Positions 47,992 through 57,384 of a DNA stretch of 64,000 nt are shown here, in pieces. Position 1 is the stretch's first letter. Each line of letters starts with the position of its first letter. Under the pieces are notes generated by a model, which did not search any database, had not been told where the DNA came from, and was given only the letters and a program-made list of their open reading frames with translations. The position numbers were made by a program, and so were the translations under genes. The stretch comes from an uncultured bacterium (lineage in GTDB: Bacteria; Acidobacteriota; Thermoanaerobaculia; Multivoradales; JAHZIX01), in the NCBI GenBank assembly GCA_965368975.1, contig CBDUPA010000002.1:480001-544000 (forward strand). Direction: 5' to 3'.

Positions 47992-50931
47992 CTACCCGCC
48001 CAACGGCGCTGGCCGACCGACCCAATACCCCTGCGCGAAATCGATCCCGATCTCTTCCAGGATGTGGTAAATCGCCTCGTTCTCGACGTACTCGGCGATC
48101 GTATGGATTCCCAGCACCTCGCCGATCCGGCGGATCGATTCGACCAGCGTGCGGTGCAGCTTGCTGGGGTCGTGCGTCAGCGTGCGCACGAACTCGCCGT
48201 CAATCTTGATGAAGTCGACCGGTAGATTGCGCAGGTAGGCGAAAGAGCTGACGCCGGTGCCGAAGTCGTCGAGGGCGAAACGACATCCCAGGTCGCGCAG
48301 CACGGAGAAGAACAGCGAGGCGCGCGCCAGGTTGCTGATCGCCGCCGTCTCGGTGATCTCGAAGCACACGCGCGTCGGGTCGACGCCGCTTTTCTTGAGC
48401 GCATCGGTGATGTCTTCGAGGAAGTTCTCTTCACTCAGGGACTGCCCCGAGATATTGATCGCCAGCGCCTGCTCCAGCCCTTTGCCCTCGCGGTGGTCGG
48501 CAAGCCAGCCGAGAGCCGTGTGCACGACCCAGCGATCGATGCGCGACACCAGGCGGTACTTCTCAGCGGCAGGAATGAAGGCACCTGGGGCCACGAGCTC
48601 GCCGTCCTGGTCGATCAGGCGCACGAAGACCTCGCTCAGCTGGAACGGGAACTTCCGCCCGTCGGTGCCACGGATCGGCTGGATCGGCTGTGCGTAGAGA
48701 CAGAGCCGGCCTTCCTCGATCGCCTGCGGAATGCGATGCAGCCACTGCAACTCACCGTGACGAGCCGCCAGCGCCGAGTCCTCGGGCTGATAGTTGTGCA
48801 GCCGGTCGCCGCCCCTGTCCTTGGCCACAAAGCAGGCGCTGTCGACGGCACGCAGAACCTCGGTGACGCTGCTCTGCTCACCAGCCACGGCCACCAGGCC
48901 AATGCTGGCGGTACACGTGAAGACTCTCTCTTCCCAGGTGAAGCGTAGGGAGCTGATATCGCGGCGCATGGCTTCCGCGAGAATCCGCGCCTGACCCGAA
49001 GAGCAGTCCTCCAGCAGAACACCGAATTCGTCGTCGCCGAGGCGGGCCAGGATGTCTCCCTCGCGCAGGCGCTGGCGCAGCAGGTCGGCGATCTGCTGCA
49101 GCATCTTGTCGCCCACATCGTGGCCGCCGGCGTCGTTGATCGCCTTGAACTCGTCCAGGTCCAGGTAGCAGACCACGTGGCGACGCCCCTCGTCGCGGGC
49201 GCTGGACAGGGCCAACTGCAGCCGGTCCTCGAACTGGTGCCGGTTGAGCAGGCCGGTGAGACGGTCATGGCTCGCCAGGTGGTCCATTTGGCGCTCCAGG
49301 CCGCGCAGCTCGCTGACGTCGCGCAGCACCAGGACGGCACCGGTGAGTAGACCCGCCTGATCGTGCACGGGGGCAACGGTGTCCCGCACGGCGCGCTCGC
49401 TGCCGTCCCGACGCACGATCAGTTTGCGCCCCGGGTACACGCGCAGCGGACGCTGGTGCAAGCAGTCGTAGACGGGATCGGGCAGTTCCTTGCGCGAGGT
49501 CTCGTCGAGCGGTCGGTACACCTCCGACAGCGGTTTGCCGAAAGCCTCCCGCTCGGCCCAACCCGTGAGGTCTTCCGCCGCCGCGTTGAGGAAGTCGATG
49601 CGACCGTTGATGTCGGTGCGTAGCACACCGTCGCCGATCGAGTCGAGCGTGACCTGCGCGCGCTCCTTCTCTTCAAACAGCGCCTCTTGCGCGCGCATGC
49701 TCTCCAGCTCGGCCCCCGCGCGAGCGCCAAAAATGCGCAGGATCGACTCGGCCGGGATGTCCGGCTTGAGCGGGGCATCGTCGAGAACTCCCAGGAATCC
49801 AAGGGGCTGATCGATCGAATCGAAGAGCGGTACGGCCAAGAAGGCCTCCGCGCGCATCTCGCGCAGGGTGCGGTCGTCGGGAAATAGCTCGTGGACGCCC
49901 GACTCGTGGATCAACAGACCGCCCTGGGCGTCCGCGATCGCTTCGAGCGCGGTGCCTTCGAGCCGCACGTCCTCTCCACTCTGGTAGTCCGTGCCCGTCC
50001 AGGCAGCGACGATCTCGGCCCGCTGCATTGACGCATCGGTGAACTTACCAACGAAGGCGTGGTGCAGTTCCAGCGCCTGCGCCAGGTAGCGCACCAGGCA
50101 GCGGAAGAAGTCCTCACCGGTGACCTCGGAAGTGCCATCGACGATCAGGCGCATCCGGTCGATCCGACGGCGCTGGTCGGAGACGTCGGAGGCGACACCG
50201 ATCAGCTGCCGCACGCGGCCTTCGCCGTCGCGCAGGGCCTGACCGTGCATCGACATCCAACGCACCTCGCCTTCAGCGTTGACGATCGGCAGCTCGAGTA
50301 CGAAGTCCACATCGTCTTTCAGAGTGCGCCGCACCGCTTGCTGTAGCGCTTGCTGGTTGGTGCCCGAGAACCGCGACAAGAACCGATCGGCGGCGCCAGA
50401 CAACGGTTCCCCTGAGAGCCCGAAGAGTTCCTGCGCGTAGTCGGAGATGGTCATCGTGCCTGCCGGCAGATCCCACTCCCAGGTGACACAGCGGCCGGCC
50501 TTCTGCGCCAGTTCCAGGCGTGCCTGGCTGCGGCGCAGAGCACGCTCGGAGTGATCCCGGCGCGTGATGTCGAAGGCCGAGGCCACGACGACGTTGCGGC
50601 CGTCCAGCTCGGTGGTCTTTGCCGTGTAGTCGACCAGCAGCTTTTCGCCGTCGCGGCGGATCAGGGGCAATTCGTAGTGGCTAGGTGTCTCTTCGTAGCG
50701 CAGCCTGGCGTTGATACGGTCGCGGACCTCGTCCTTGGACGCCTCTGGCACCAGGTCGACGGGCGAGAGCCCCTGCAGCTCGGTGAAGGAATAGCCGGTC
50801 AGGCGCTCCGCCGCCGGGTTGGCATAGTAGAACTGCTTCAGGTCAAAGATGAAGAAACCCGTAGTCGTCGTTTCCGCCAGTTTGCGGAACCACGATTCGT
50901 CGGCACGGGGTAGGGCTGGAGAGTCGCTCAC
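47992..50931 (-). CDS. PAS-PAS-GAF-PAS-GGDEF-EAL signalling protein
   Basis: PAS repeats; HDRLTGLLNR; ARLGDDEF; EVFVR; EITET; DDFGTG; KIDG. Confidence 0.92.
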   Translation of the reverse strand: MSDSPALPRADESWFRKLAETTTTGFFIFDLKQFYYANPAAERLTGYSFTELQGLSPVDLVPEASKDEVRDRINARLRYEETPSHYELPLIRRDGEKLLVDYTAKTTELDGRNVVVASAFDITRRDHSERALRRSQARLELAQKAGRCVTWEWDLPAGTMTISDYAQELFGLSGEPLSGAADRFLSRFSGTNQQALQQAVRRTLKDDVDFVLELPIVNAEGEVRWMSMHGQALRDGEGRVRQLIGVASDVSDQRRRIDRMRLIVDGTSEVTGEDFFRCLVRYLAQALELHHAFVGKFTDASMQRAEIVAAWTGTDYQSGEDVRLEGTALEAIADAQGGLLIHESGVHELFPDDRTLREMRAEAFLAVPLFDSIDQPLGFLGVLDDAPLKPDIPAESILRIFGARAGAELESMRAQEALFEEKERAQVTLDSIGDGVLRTDINGRIDFLNAAAEDLTGWAEREAFGKPLSEVYRPLDETSRKELPDPVYDCLHQRPLRVYPGRKLIVRRDGSERAVRDTVAPVHDQAGLLTGAVLVLRDVSELRGLERQMDHLASHDRLTGLLNRHQFEDRLQLALSSARDEGRRHVVCYLDLDEFKAINDAGGHDVGDKMLQQIADLLRQRLREGDILARLGDDEFGVLLEDCSSGQARILAEAMRRDISSLRFTWEERVFTCTASIGLVAVAGEQSSVTEVLRAVDSACFVAKDRGGDRLHNYQPEDSALAARHGELQWLHRIPQAIEEGRLCLYAQPIQPIRGTDGRKFPFQLSEVFVRLIDQDGELVAPGAFIPAAEKYRLVSRIDRWVVHTALGWLADHREGKGLEQALAINISGQSLSEENFLEDITDALKKSGVDPTRVCFEITETAAISNLARASLFFSVLRDLGCRFALDDFGTGVSSFAYLRNLPVDFIKIDGEFVRTLTHDPSKLHRTLVESIRRIGEVLGIHTIAEYVENEAIYHILEEIGIDFAQGYWVGRPAPLGG

Positions 50932-50982
50932 GTCAAACTCGATCGGTTCCTCGGCTCAGGCTCGTCAATAGGTGAGAGCCCC

Positions 50983-52122
50983 TCATAGTATCACCCGCCG
51001 AAGCGGCAAGAGACGCGCGTGAACGCCCAGCAGGCGGGCGAAGAAGTCAGGGTGCCCAGCAAGGAAGCTCAGGACAGGACGGCGCCAGGAGGCCCGGCGG
51101 TCGAGAGCGAGCACCGCGCGAGTGATCCAATCCGGCAGCCGGCGGATGCGGCGGTGGGCGCGGCCGTATGCGCGCAGGTCACCGGCACGGATGGCCTCGA
51201 CGAGGGCGAATGCCTGGTGGAACGCGAGCGCCAGGCCCTCGCCAGTGATGGCATCCAGGTAGCCACCGGCGTCGCCAACCAGGGCCAGCCGGCCCCGGTG
51301 AACCTCGCGGACCCTCTGCAGGAGAGGGCCACAACCGAGGTCGCGATGGATCGGCGCGGCCGACTGCAATCGGTCCTGGAGCTCAGGGAAGCGGGCGAGC
51401 AGGGCATCGAAGCCGCCGCCAGCCGAGCCGCTCCACAAGATAGCAACACCGACCTCGTTGGTCGCGACGGGCGTAACGTAGGCTTCAGCAGCACCGCGCC
51501 GCGAGCCGTCCTGGGCCCAGTACACCTCGACGACGTCGGTCCACGGCGCCAGGCGGAAATGGCGTCGGACACCGAACCGCTGCCGCGCACGTACCTGCGC
51601 CCGCTCTTGTACGAGGCCAGCTTGTGCCCGCAGCGGCGAGCGCAAGCCGTCGGCCGCCACCAGCCAGCGACCTCGCAGCACCTCACCCACGGCGGTCACG
51701 ACTGCCGGTCCTTCGAGGTTGTCGGGCTCAAAGCCGGTCACCTTGACGCCCCAGACCAGGTTTGCCCCCAGCTCCAGCGCCTGCTCCACCATTGCCTGGT
51801 GCAGCCGCGTGCGCCGGAGCCCGAGGCCGGCGGCCCCCCCGGGGAAGCGACCCTCGGCCACCAAGTCGCCGTCCAGATAGCGGATACCGAAAAACGGGCG
51901 ACCCTGGCCTGCGAGCCGCACGCCAAGCTCTTCGAGACGCGCGACAGCGTCGGGCATGAGACCTTCACCGCACGGCTTGTCCAGCGGTGGATGAGCGGCA
52001 CGATCGACGACCAACACGCCGAGCCCGGCTTGTCGTGCCCGGATGGCCACAGCCAGACCGGCCGGGCCGGCGCCGATGATCAGCACGTCGGTGAGCGCGA
52101 GAGCACTAGCCCGCGGCATCAT
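50983..52122 (-). CDS. FAD-dependent oxidoreductase (geranylgeranyl-reductase/SrsC/FtpE-like)
   Basis: GAGPAG, DKPCGEGL, AADGLRS and LVGDAGGYLDAITGEGL motifs. Confidence 0.85.
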   Translation of the reverse strand: MMPRASALALTDVLIIGAGPAGLAVAIRARQAGLGVLVVDRAAHPPLDKPCGEGLMPDAVARLEELGVRLAGQGRPFFGIRYLDGDLVAEGRFPGGAAGLGLRRTRLHQAMVEQALELGANLVWGVKVTGFEPDNLEGPAVVTAVGEVLRGRWLVAADGLRSPLRAQAGLVQERAQVRARQRFGVRRHFRLAPWTDVVEVYWAQDGSRRGAAEAYVTPVATNEVGVAILWSGSAGGGFDALLARFPELQDRLQSAAPIHRDLGCGPLLQRVREVHRGRLALVGDAGGYLDAITGEGLALAFHQAFALVEAIRAGDLRAYGRAHRRIRRLPDWITRAVLALDRRASWRRPVLSFLAGHPDFFARLLGVHARLLPLRRVIL

Positions 52123-53965
52123 CGGTATCCGGATCTCGGACTGCTTCGCCCTTGGGCGTAGCACGCGCCTTCAGGTAGCCGAACAAGGAACGGCCGAAGG
52201 CCGCGGCCAGCCGTAGGGACGTCACGGGGGACGGTGGGTCGAGCGTCCCTTCCAGCCACCGCCGCAGCGCCTCAGCGCGCCGCAGCTTACCCGAAGAGGT
52301 CCGCGGCAGGGTGCCCGGCGGCAACACGACAACGTCGTCCACCTGGACACCGACAACACTCAACACCGCGCGCTTGCAAGCTTGCGGTAGAGCTTGGAGC
52401 TGCTCCGGTGTCGCCGTCCGCGCCTGCTCTACGAGCAGAGCGAGCGCTTCACTCTCGGCCTCGCTGGGCAACCAACTCACGGCCACGCAGCAGCCGCGAC
52501 GCAAGCCTGGCAGATCGTCGACCGCCTGCTCGAAGTCCTGAGGTGCATAGTTGCGTCCCCGCAGGATTACCAGATCCTTGGCCCGACCAGTCAAGTAGAG
52601 CTCACCGGACAGCTGGAAGCCCAGGTCACCCGTATTGAGCCAGCCATCACGGAGCGCTTGGCGGGTCCGCTTCGGCTGCCCCAGGTAGCCACTCATGAGC
52701 GACGGACCGCGCACCCAGAGCTGACCAACCCGGCAATCCGGGAGCGATGTTCCGGCCTCATCCCGCAGCTGCAGCTGGAAGTCGGGCAGGGGCCGACCGA
52801 CGGAAACCAGTTCGACACTGTCCGTGTGTCTGTCGTCGTGCTCCGGAGCCGGCGGCACGGGAACCGCCTCTCCCTGGCACAGCGCCAGACGATCGAAACG
52901 GCGGCTACCGAAGGGCTCGGACAGCGCACTGAAGGTGACAGCCAGCGCCGCTTCAGCCAGGCCATAGACCGGCGTCAAGGCTTCTGGCCGCAGTCCCCAG
53001 CGGGCAAAGCGCTCCTGGAAGGCGCGCTGCACGGAAGCCGACACGGGCTCCGCCCCATTGAGCGCCACCCGCCAGTGCGACAGGTCGACCGGTGGCGTGC
53101 CGCTCGACCCATCCAGCTCCTCGTCGCGGATCTTCTGCACGCACAGCGAGTAGGCGAAGTTGGGAGCTGGCGACACCTGAGCCTTGGAGCGTGACAGCGC
53201 GCGCAGCCAAACCGCCGGGCGAGCAACGAAGACCTCGGGCGGAATCACTGTCAGGGTCGACGGTAGCTCCAGCGCCGCCATGACACAGCCGATGAGCCCC
53301 ATATCGTGGTAGAGCGGCAACCAGCTGACGCCGGTCGGCGGCTTGCCGTTGGTCCACCCGGCTGGCCAGAAGGCGTTCAGCCGTCGAGTCTGCGCCAGCA
53401 CGGCTCGGTGCGACAGCGCCACCGGCTTGGGGTCCACGGTGGTGCCAGAGGAGAACTGCACCAGTGCAACCTCCTCCGCCGTCGGCACGGCAAACTCGAC
53501 CGCGGCTCCCACCGTCGGTGCCGGCAGCTGCTCGAGACGGCGGCAGCCCAAGGTCGGCCCGGCGGCGGCGACAGTTTCGCCCAGCAGATGCTGCACCCGT
53601 CTCCCCGCCAGAATCAGGCGGGCCCCGGCCGCGCGCACCAGCGACGCGGTACCCCGGTGGTATTCGTCAAGACGACCGAGCCGGGCTGGCGGGTAGAGCG
53701 GTACCGGCACGCCGCCAGCCAGCACAACTCCGAAGAAGGCATCGAAGAAGTCGGTGGAGGTGGGGAAGATCAGCGCCACCTGCTCGCCGTGCTGGATGCC
53801 CAGGTGCAGGAGACCTCCAGCTACGCGACGGGCGCGCTCGACCACCTTGCTCCAAGGCAACCAGGTCTCGCGCTCGCGAGCATCGAGCAACCGCAGGCCT
53901 GCATCGTCGACCCGCGCGGCCGCGAGCAGCAGAGCCTGCAGGGTGGTGGGGCGACGGTCAGTCAT
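52106..53965 (-). CDS. Fatty acyl-AMP ligase (FAAL)
   Basis: QFSSGTTVDPK, SWLPLYHDMGLIG, PNFAY, YGLAEA, FAAL insertion and PRTSSGK motifs. Confidence 0.9.
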   Translation of the reverse strand: MTDRRPTTLQALLLAAARVDDAGLRLLDARERETWLPWSKVVERARRVAGGLLHLGIQHGEQVALIFPTSTDFFDAFFGVVLAGGVPVPLYPPARLGRLDEYHRGTASLVRAAGARLILAGRRVQHLLGETVAAAGPTLGCRRLEQLPAPTVGAAVEFAVPTAEEVALVQFSSGTTVDPKPVALSHRAVLAQTRRLNAFWPAGWTNGKPPTGVSWLPLYHDMGLIGCVMAALELPSTLTVIPPEVFVARPAVWLRALSRSKAQVSPAPNFAYSLCVQKIRDEELDGSSGTPPVDLSHWRVALNGAEPVSASVQRAFQERFARWGLRPEALTPVYGLAEAALAVTFSALSEPFGSRRFDRLALCQGEAVPVPPAPEHDDRHTDSVELVSVGRPLPDFQLQLRDEAGTSLPDCRVGQLWVRGPSLMSGYLGQPKRTRQALRDGWLNTGDLGFQLSGELYLTGRAKDLVILRGRNYAPQDFEQAVDDLPGLRRGCCVAVSWLPSEAESEALALLVEQARTATPEQLQALPQACKRAVLSVVGVQVDDVVVLPPGTLPRTSSGKLRRAEALRRWLEGTLDPPSPVTSLRLAAAFGRSLFGYLKARATPKGEAVRDPDTDDAAG

Positions 53966-54275
53966 CGGTACCTCCAGCGGCAGCGTCGATGGCCCCCGCG
54001 ATCTCCGCGGCGAGTTTCGAGCGTACCACCTCGACGAGATCGCCGACCGTTGCCAAGCCCGCTTCGTCGTCGGCGTCGAGGCAGATCTCGAAGCGATTCT
54101 CGACCTCGGCCGCCAGAGTCAGCAGGCGTAGCGAGTCGAGTTCGAGGTCCTGCACCAGGTCCATGTCGAGACGCAACTCGCCGGCCCAGTCCAAGTGCCG
54201 ACGCGCTACGTCGGTAATCGCGTCGAGGATTTCGGCCTCGTCGCCGACACTCGATCCGTTGCCGGGTACCTCCAT
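53958..54275 (-). CDS. Acyl carrier protein
   Basis: Small acidic protein with DLELDSL phosphopantetheine site. Confidence 0.9.
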   Translation of the reverse strand: MEVPGNGSSVGDEAEILDAITDVARRHLDWAGELRLDMDLVQDLELDSLRLLTLAAEVENRFEICLDADDEAGLATVGDLVEVVRSKLAAEIAGAIDAAAGGTDD

Positions 54276-54847
54276 CAGTTTCCTCCCTGGGCCGCGAAGA
54301 CCTCATCGTAGCTGCAGTAGCGTCGCAGCGCCGCTTCCTCGACCCGGATACGGTGGCGCAGCAGTAGCGCATTGGCGACGCTGAAGACCACCGCCGTCGT
54401 CCACGCGGAGTGGATCAGCGGCAACGCGAACATCTCGACTACCACCGCCAGATAGTTGGGATGGCGTAACCAGCGGAACGGTCCACCGGTCACCGGTGCA
54501 TCACCGGGCACCACGAGGACGCGCGTGTTCCAGCGTTCACCGAGCGTCGCGATGACCCAGTAGCGCAGGGCCATGGTACCAGCGAGAAGTGGCCCTGCGA
54601 TCAGCGCCAGCGCCGGGATCCACGGCCGCCCGAACCACCAAACCTCGGCCAGGCAGGCAGCGAGAAACGCCGTGTGCAACAGAACCATCACGGGGTAGTG
54701 CCCGGCTCCGGCTTCGATCCCTCCGCGTGCCCGCGCCTTGCGTTCATTGCGCTGCGCGATGCGCAGTTCGAACAAACGCTCGACGATCACCACCGCCAGC
54801 ACGGCAGTGAAGAGCCAACGACTGTCGACATCAGGCAGGAACAACAT
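54275..54847 (-). CDS. Isoprenylcysteine-carboxyl-methyltransferase-family protein (SrsB/BpsB/FtpB-like)
   Basis: GHYPVMVLLH, LGERWNTRV, GPFRWLRHPNY and RIRVEE motifs. Confidence 0.88.
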   Translation of the reverse strand: MLFLPDVDSRWLFTAVLAVVIVERLFELRIAQRNERKARARGGIEAGAGHYPVMVLLHTAFLAACLAEVWWFGRPWIPALALIAGPLLAGTMALRYWVIATLGERWNTRVLVVPGDAPVTGGPFRWLRHPNYLAVVVEMFALPLIHSAWTTAVVFSVANALLLRHRIRVEEAALRRYCSYDEVFAAQGGN

Positions 54848-54967
54848 GGACGCCTGAACTTATCACTGAGCTACAGCGACGACTCCGCTCTGGTGGTGAC
54901 TTACCCTGCGTTCTACCGCTCTTACCGGCAGCGTCCGGCTCTGTACCGCCGACCGGCTGAAGTCCAT

Positions 54968-56005
54968 TCAGACCATGTACGCCACCGCGAACCCAACCTG
55001 TGCCGCCATCAGCATCAGGTACATGTGGGTCCACGACGGGTGATTCTCGGACTTGGCCAGGGAATCCGGATCTCGCAACAGCAGGTAGACGGTATAGATG
55101 CCCCACAGGGTGAGCAGGACGCTCAGTCCCAGCAGCATGGAGCCATTGCCGGTGAGAATGGGGTGCGCCGAATTCTGCGGGTCCGGCAGATAGACTCCGA
55201 GAGGAATCAGCAGCCAGGGGAAGATGAAGAAGGGGGCGATCATCCAGGCAGCTTTGCGCACGCCGTAGACGATCGGTAGCGTCTTGCAGCCACCGGCCCG
55301 ATCGCCCTCGATGTCGGCGAAGTCCTTGGTGCCCGAGGCACCGACGATGAACAAGCCAAAGATGGTGCCCAGGAACCACGGCTCGACGTACCAGATGTGC
55401 GCCACCATCGCCCAGCCGGCCACCTTGAGCAGGCAGCCGCGGGGGATCGCGATGGTCAAAGCAGCTCCGACGCCGAGCGTCTTGGTGCGGCCCAGAGCCG
55501 GCGCCGAGTAGATGAAGGTGAAGAGCATGCCGACCAGGTAGATGAAGAAGGTCTCGTGCAAGGCCAGCGGGGCACCGATCTTCTGCAGCAGCGTGTTGTA
55601 GGGATAGACAACCACAGCCCAGGTGGGAATCAACGCCAGTGCGTAGAGGATCCAGGTGAACTTCCACGCCTCGGGAACGCTCAAGGCACCGGTGACCAGC
55701 GGCCGCTCCGGCTTGTTGAGGCGGTCGATATCCAGGTCGTAGATCTGGTTGATCGCGTTCGACGCCGCGTTCATGAAGCTGGCGCACAGCGAACCGAGGG
55801 TGACCGTGAGCACGACCGACAGCGTCAGGCGGAAGTCGGGGTCCGGGTTGTGCACCGAGCCGAACGCACAGACGGCACCGGAAATGATGCCGAGCAGCGG
55901 CGGCAGCAGGGTGAACGGACGCGCCAGGCGTACATAGTGTCTGAATTTGGAGGGCCTGGCCTTGGGCTCGACAGGGGACGGGGTAGTACTCACGGTTCGA
56001 CTCAC
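54968..56005 (-). CDS. UbiA-family prenyltransferase
   Basis: RPFTL, NQIYDLDIDRLNKPERPL, YSAP and KDFADIEGD motifs; multiple TM helices. GTG start overlaps the upstream TGA. Confidence 0.9.
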   Translation of the reverse strand: MSRTVSTTPSPVEPKARPSKFRHYVRLARPFTLLPPLLGIISGAVCAFGSVHNPDPDFRLTLSVVLTVTLGSLCASFMNAASNAINQIYDLDIDRLNKPERPLVTGALSVPEAWKFTWILYALALIPTWAVVVYPYNTLLQKIGAPLALHETFFIYLVGMLFTFIYSAPALGRTKTLGVGAALTIAIPRGCLLKVAGWAMVAHIWYVEPWFLGTIFGLFIVGASGTKDFADIEGDRAGGCKTLPIVYGVRKAAWMIAPFFIFPWLLIPLGVYLPDPQNSAHPILTGNGSMLLGLSVLLTLWGIYTVYLLLRDPDSLAKSENHPSWTHMYLMLMAAQVGFAVAYMV

Positions 56006-57384
56006 TGCAGCAGGACCCACATCCCGGCAGCGATCAGCGCACCGGTGAGGGTATTGAGGAAGTTGACGCTCTCGTTGTCCAGCAGGCCGCGTTTCTCCAG
56101 CGTCGAGCCGACCAGGCTTTCCAGCACGGTGCCCAGGAAGGCCGCAACGACGACGATACCGGCCCCCAGCCAACCGAACAGGCCGACCTGCACACCCAGT
56201 GCGGCGAGCAGCGCCGACGCGGCGATTCCCGCCAGCGTTCCTTCCAGCGATACCGCACCTTCGGTCCCCCGCGGTACCGGGCGGAAGGTGGTGAGCAGGA
56301 AGGTGCGCCGACCGTAGAGCTGGCCGATCTCACTGCCAGCAGTATCCGCGACGGCCGTGGCGAAAGCACCCGCGAGACCGAGAACGAAGAGTTCGTAGTG
56401 GTTCGTGGCAACGGCGAAGACGGCGCACGCGACGGCGACACCGGTGTTGGCCAGAGCATGCCGGGCACCTCGGCGACCGCCCTGCTCCTGCGCCAGGTTG
56501 TCCTTCGCCTTGCGCTGATAGCCGAGCTTGGTGCAGGCGGTTCCCAGCACGAAGAAGGCCACGAGCATGGAAAAGCCCGCCCAGCCCAACGCTCCGTAGA
56601 GCAAGGTGCCGAGCAGAACGCCAGCGATGACACCTGAGATGTCGACCGAGCGAGCGGCGAAGGCCATGCCGGCGAGCACGAGGTTGACGACCAGGCCGAT
56701 CAGTAGACGACTCGAGAGGTCCGGATCTGCCAGCACGGCTTGCCAATGCCCCTGGGTGAGCAGCAGGCAGAACAGAAAGAGGCCGGTGAGGAGAGGCACG
56801 CCGAAGTTGTCGTCCAGGCCCTGCGGCAGCGACTCGAGCGCCGCCGACAGCAACGCCGCGCCAGCGGCGACGACGAGGGCGAAGGCCCAGCTGTACTGGA
56901 TCGTCTCGGAATCGGCTACCGTCCAGCGCAGCAGAATGGCAGCGGCGGCAGTGCCGAAGAGCCAGTGTGCCAGGCTACCGGCCCAGCTCTTGTCCGAGTT
57001 CCACGGCAACTTGGCGCGACCCAGGGTCATGCCGACCACCGATGCCATGCCGTCACCGAAGGCGAGGATGCCCCACACTGCGGCGGCAACTTCCAGCCGC
57101 TGGTGGAAGATCAAGATCAGCAGCAGCACAGCCAGCGGATAGAGCACGATGCCCATCGACCGACCACGCTCGGCCTCCTCTTGGCGCCACAACGCCTTGC
57201 CACCGACGCGCGGCAGGACGAAAGCGTTGAACACAACCGCCGTCAGCGCGCACAGCGCCGACCACAGTGGCCCAAGGAAACGCAGGCTGAAGGCGATCAG
57301 GCCCACCGACATGTGGACCACCTTGCGCGCCAGTTCACCCCTGCTCAGTGGTGCCGGGGAATCTGAAGTCAACGAGCTTGCCAT
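56002..57384 (-). CDS. Fusion of CTP-dependent prenol/phytol-kinase-like domain and DUF92 (VTE6-like) domain
   Basis: N-half ELARKVVH, GDGMASVVG, KSWAGS, DDN; C-half ADTAGSEIG, GTEGAVSLEGT, ESLVG, NESVNF. Confidence 0.8.
   Translation of the reverse strand: MASSLTSDSPAPLSRGELARKVVHMSVGLIAFSLRFLGPLWSALCALTAVVFNAFVLPRVGGKALWRQEEAERGRSMGIVLYPLAVLLLILIFHQRLEVAAAVWGILAFGDGMASVVGMTLGRAKLPWNSDKSWAGSLAHWLFGTAAAAILLRWTVADSETIQYSWAFALVVAAGAALLSAALESLPQGLDDNFGVPLLTGLFLFCLLLTQGHWQAVLADPDLSSRLLIGLVVNLVLAGMAFAARSVDISGVIAGVLLGTLLYGALGWAGFSMLVAFFVLGTACTKLGYQRKAKDNLAQEQGGRRGARHALANTGVAVACAVFAVATNHYELFVLGLAGAFATAVADTAGSEIGQLYGRRTFLLTTFRPVPRGTEGAVSLEGTLAGIAASALLAALGVQVGLFGWLGAGIVVVAAFLGTVLESLVGSTLEKRGLLDNESVNFLNTLTGALIAAGMWVLLQ

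Noticed and set aside
54968-57384. Chlorophyll synthase / photosynthesis locus
   Set aside because: The UbiA motifs differ from ChlG/BchG (NDxxDRxxDAINEP) and no bch, chl or reaction-centre genes are present.
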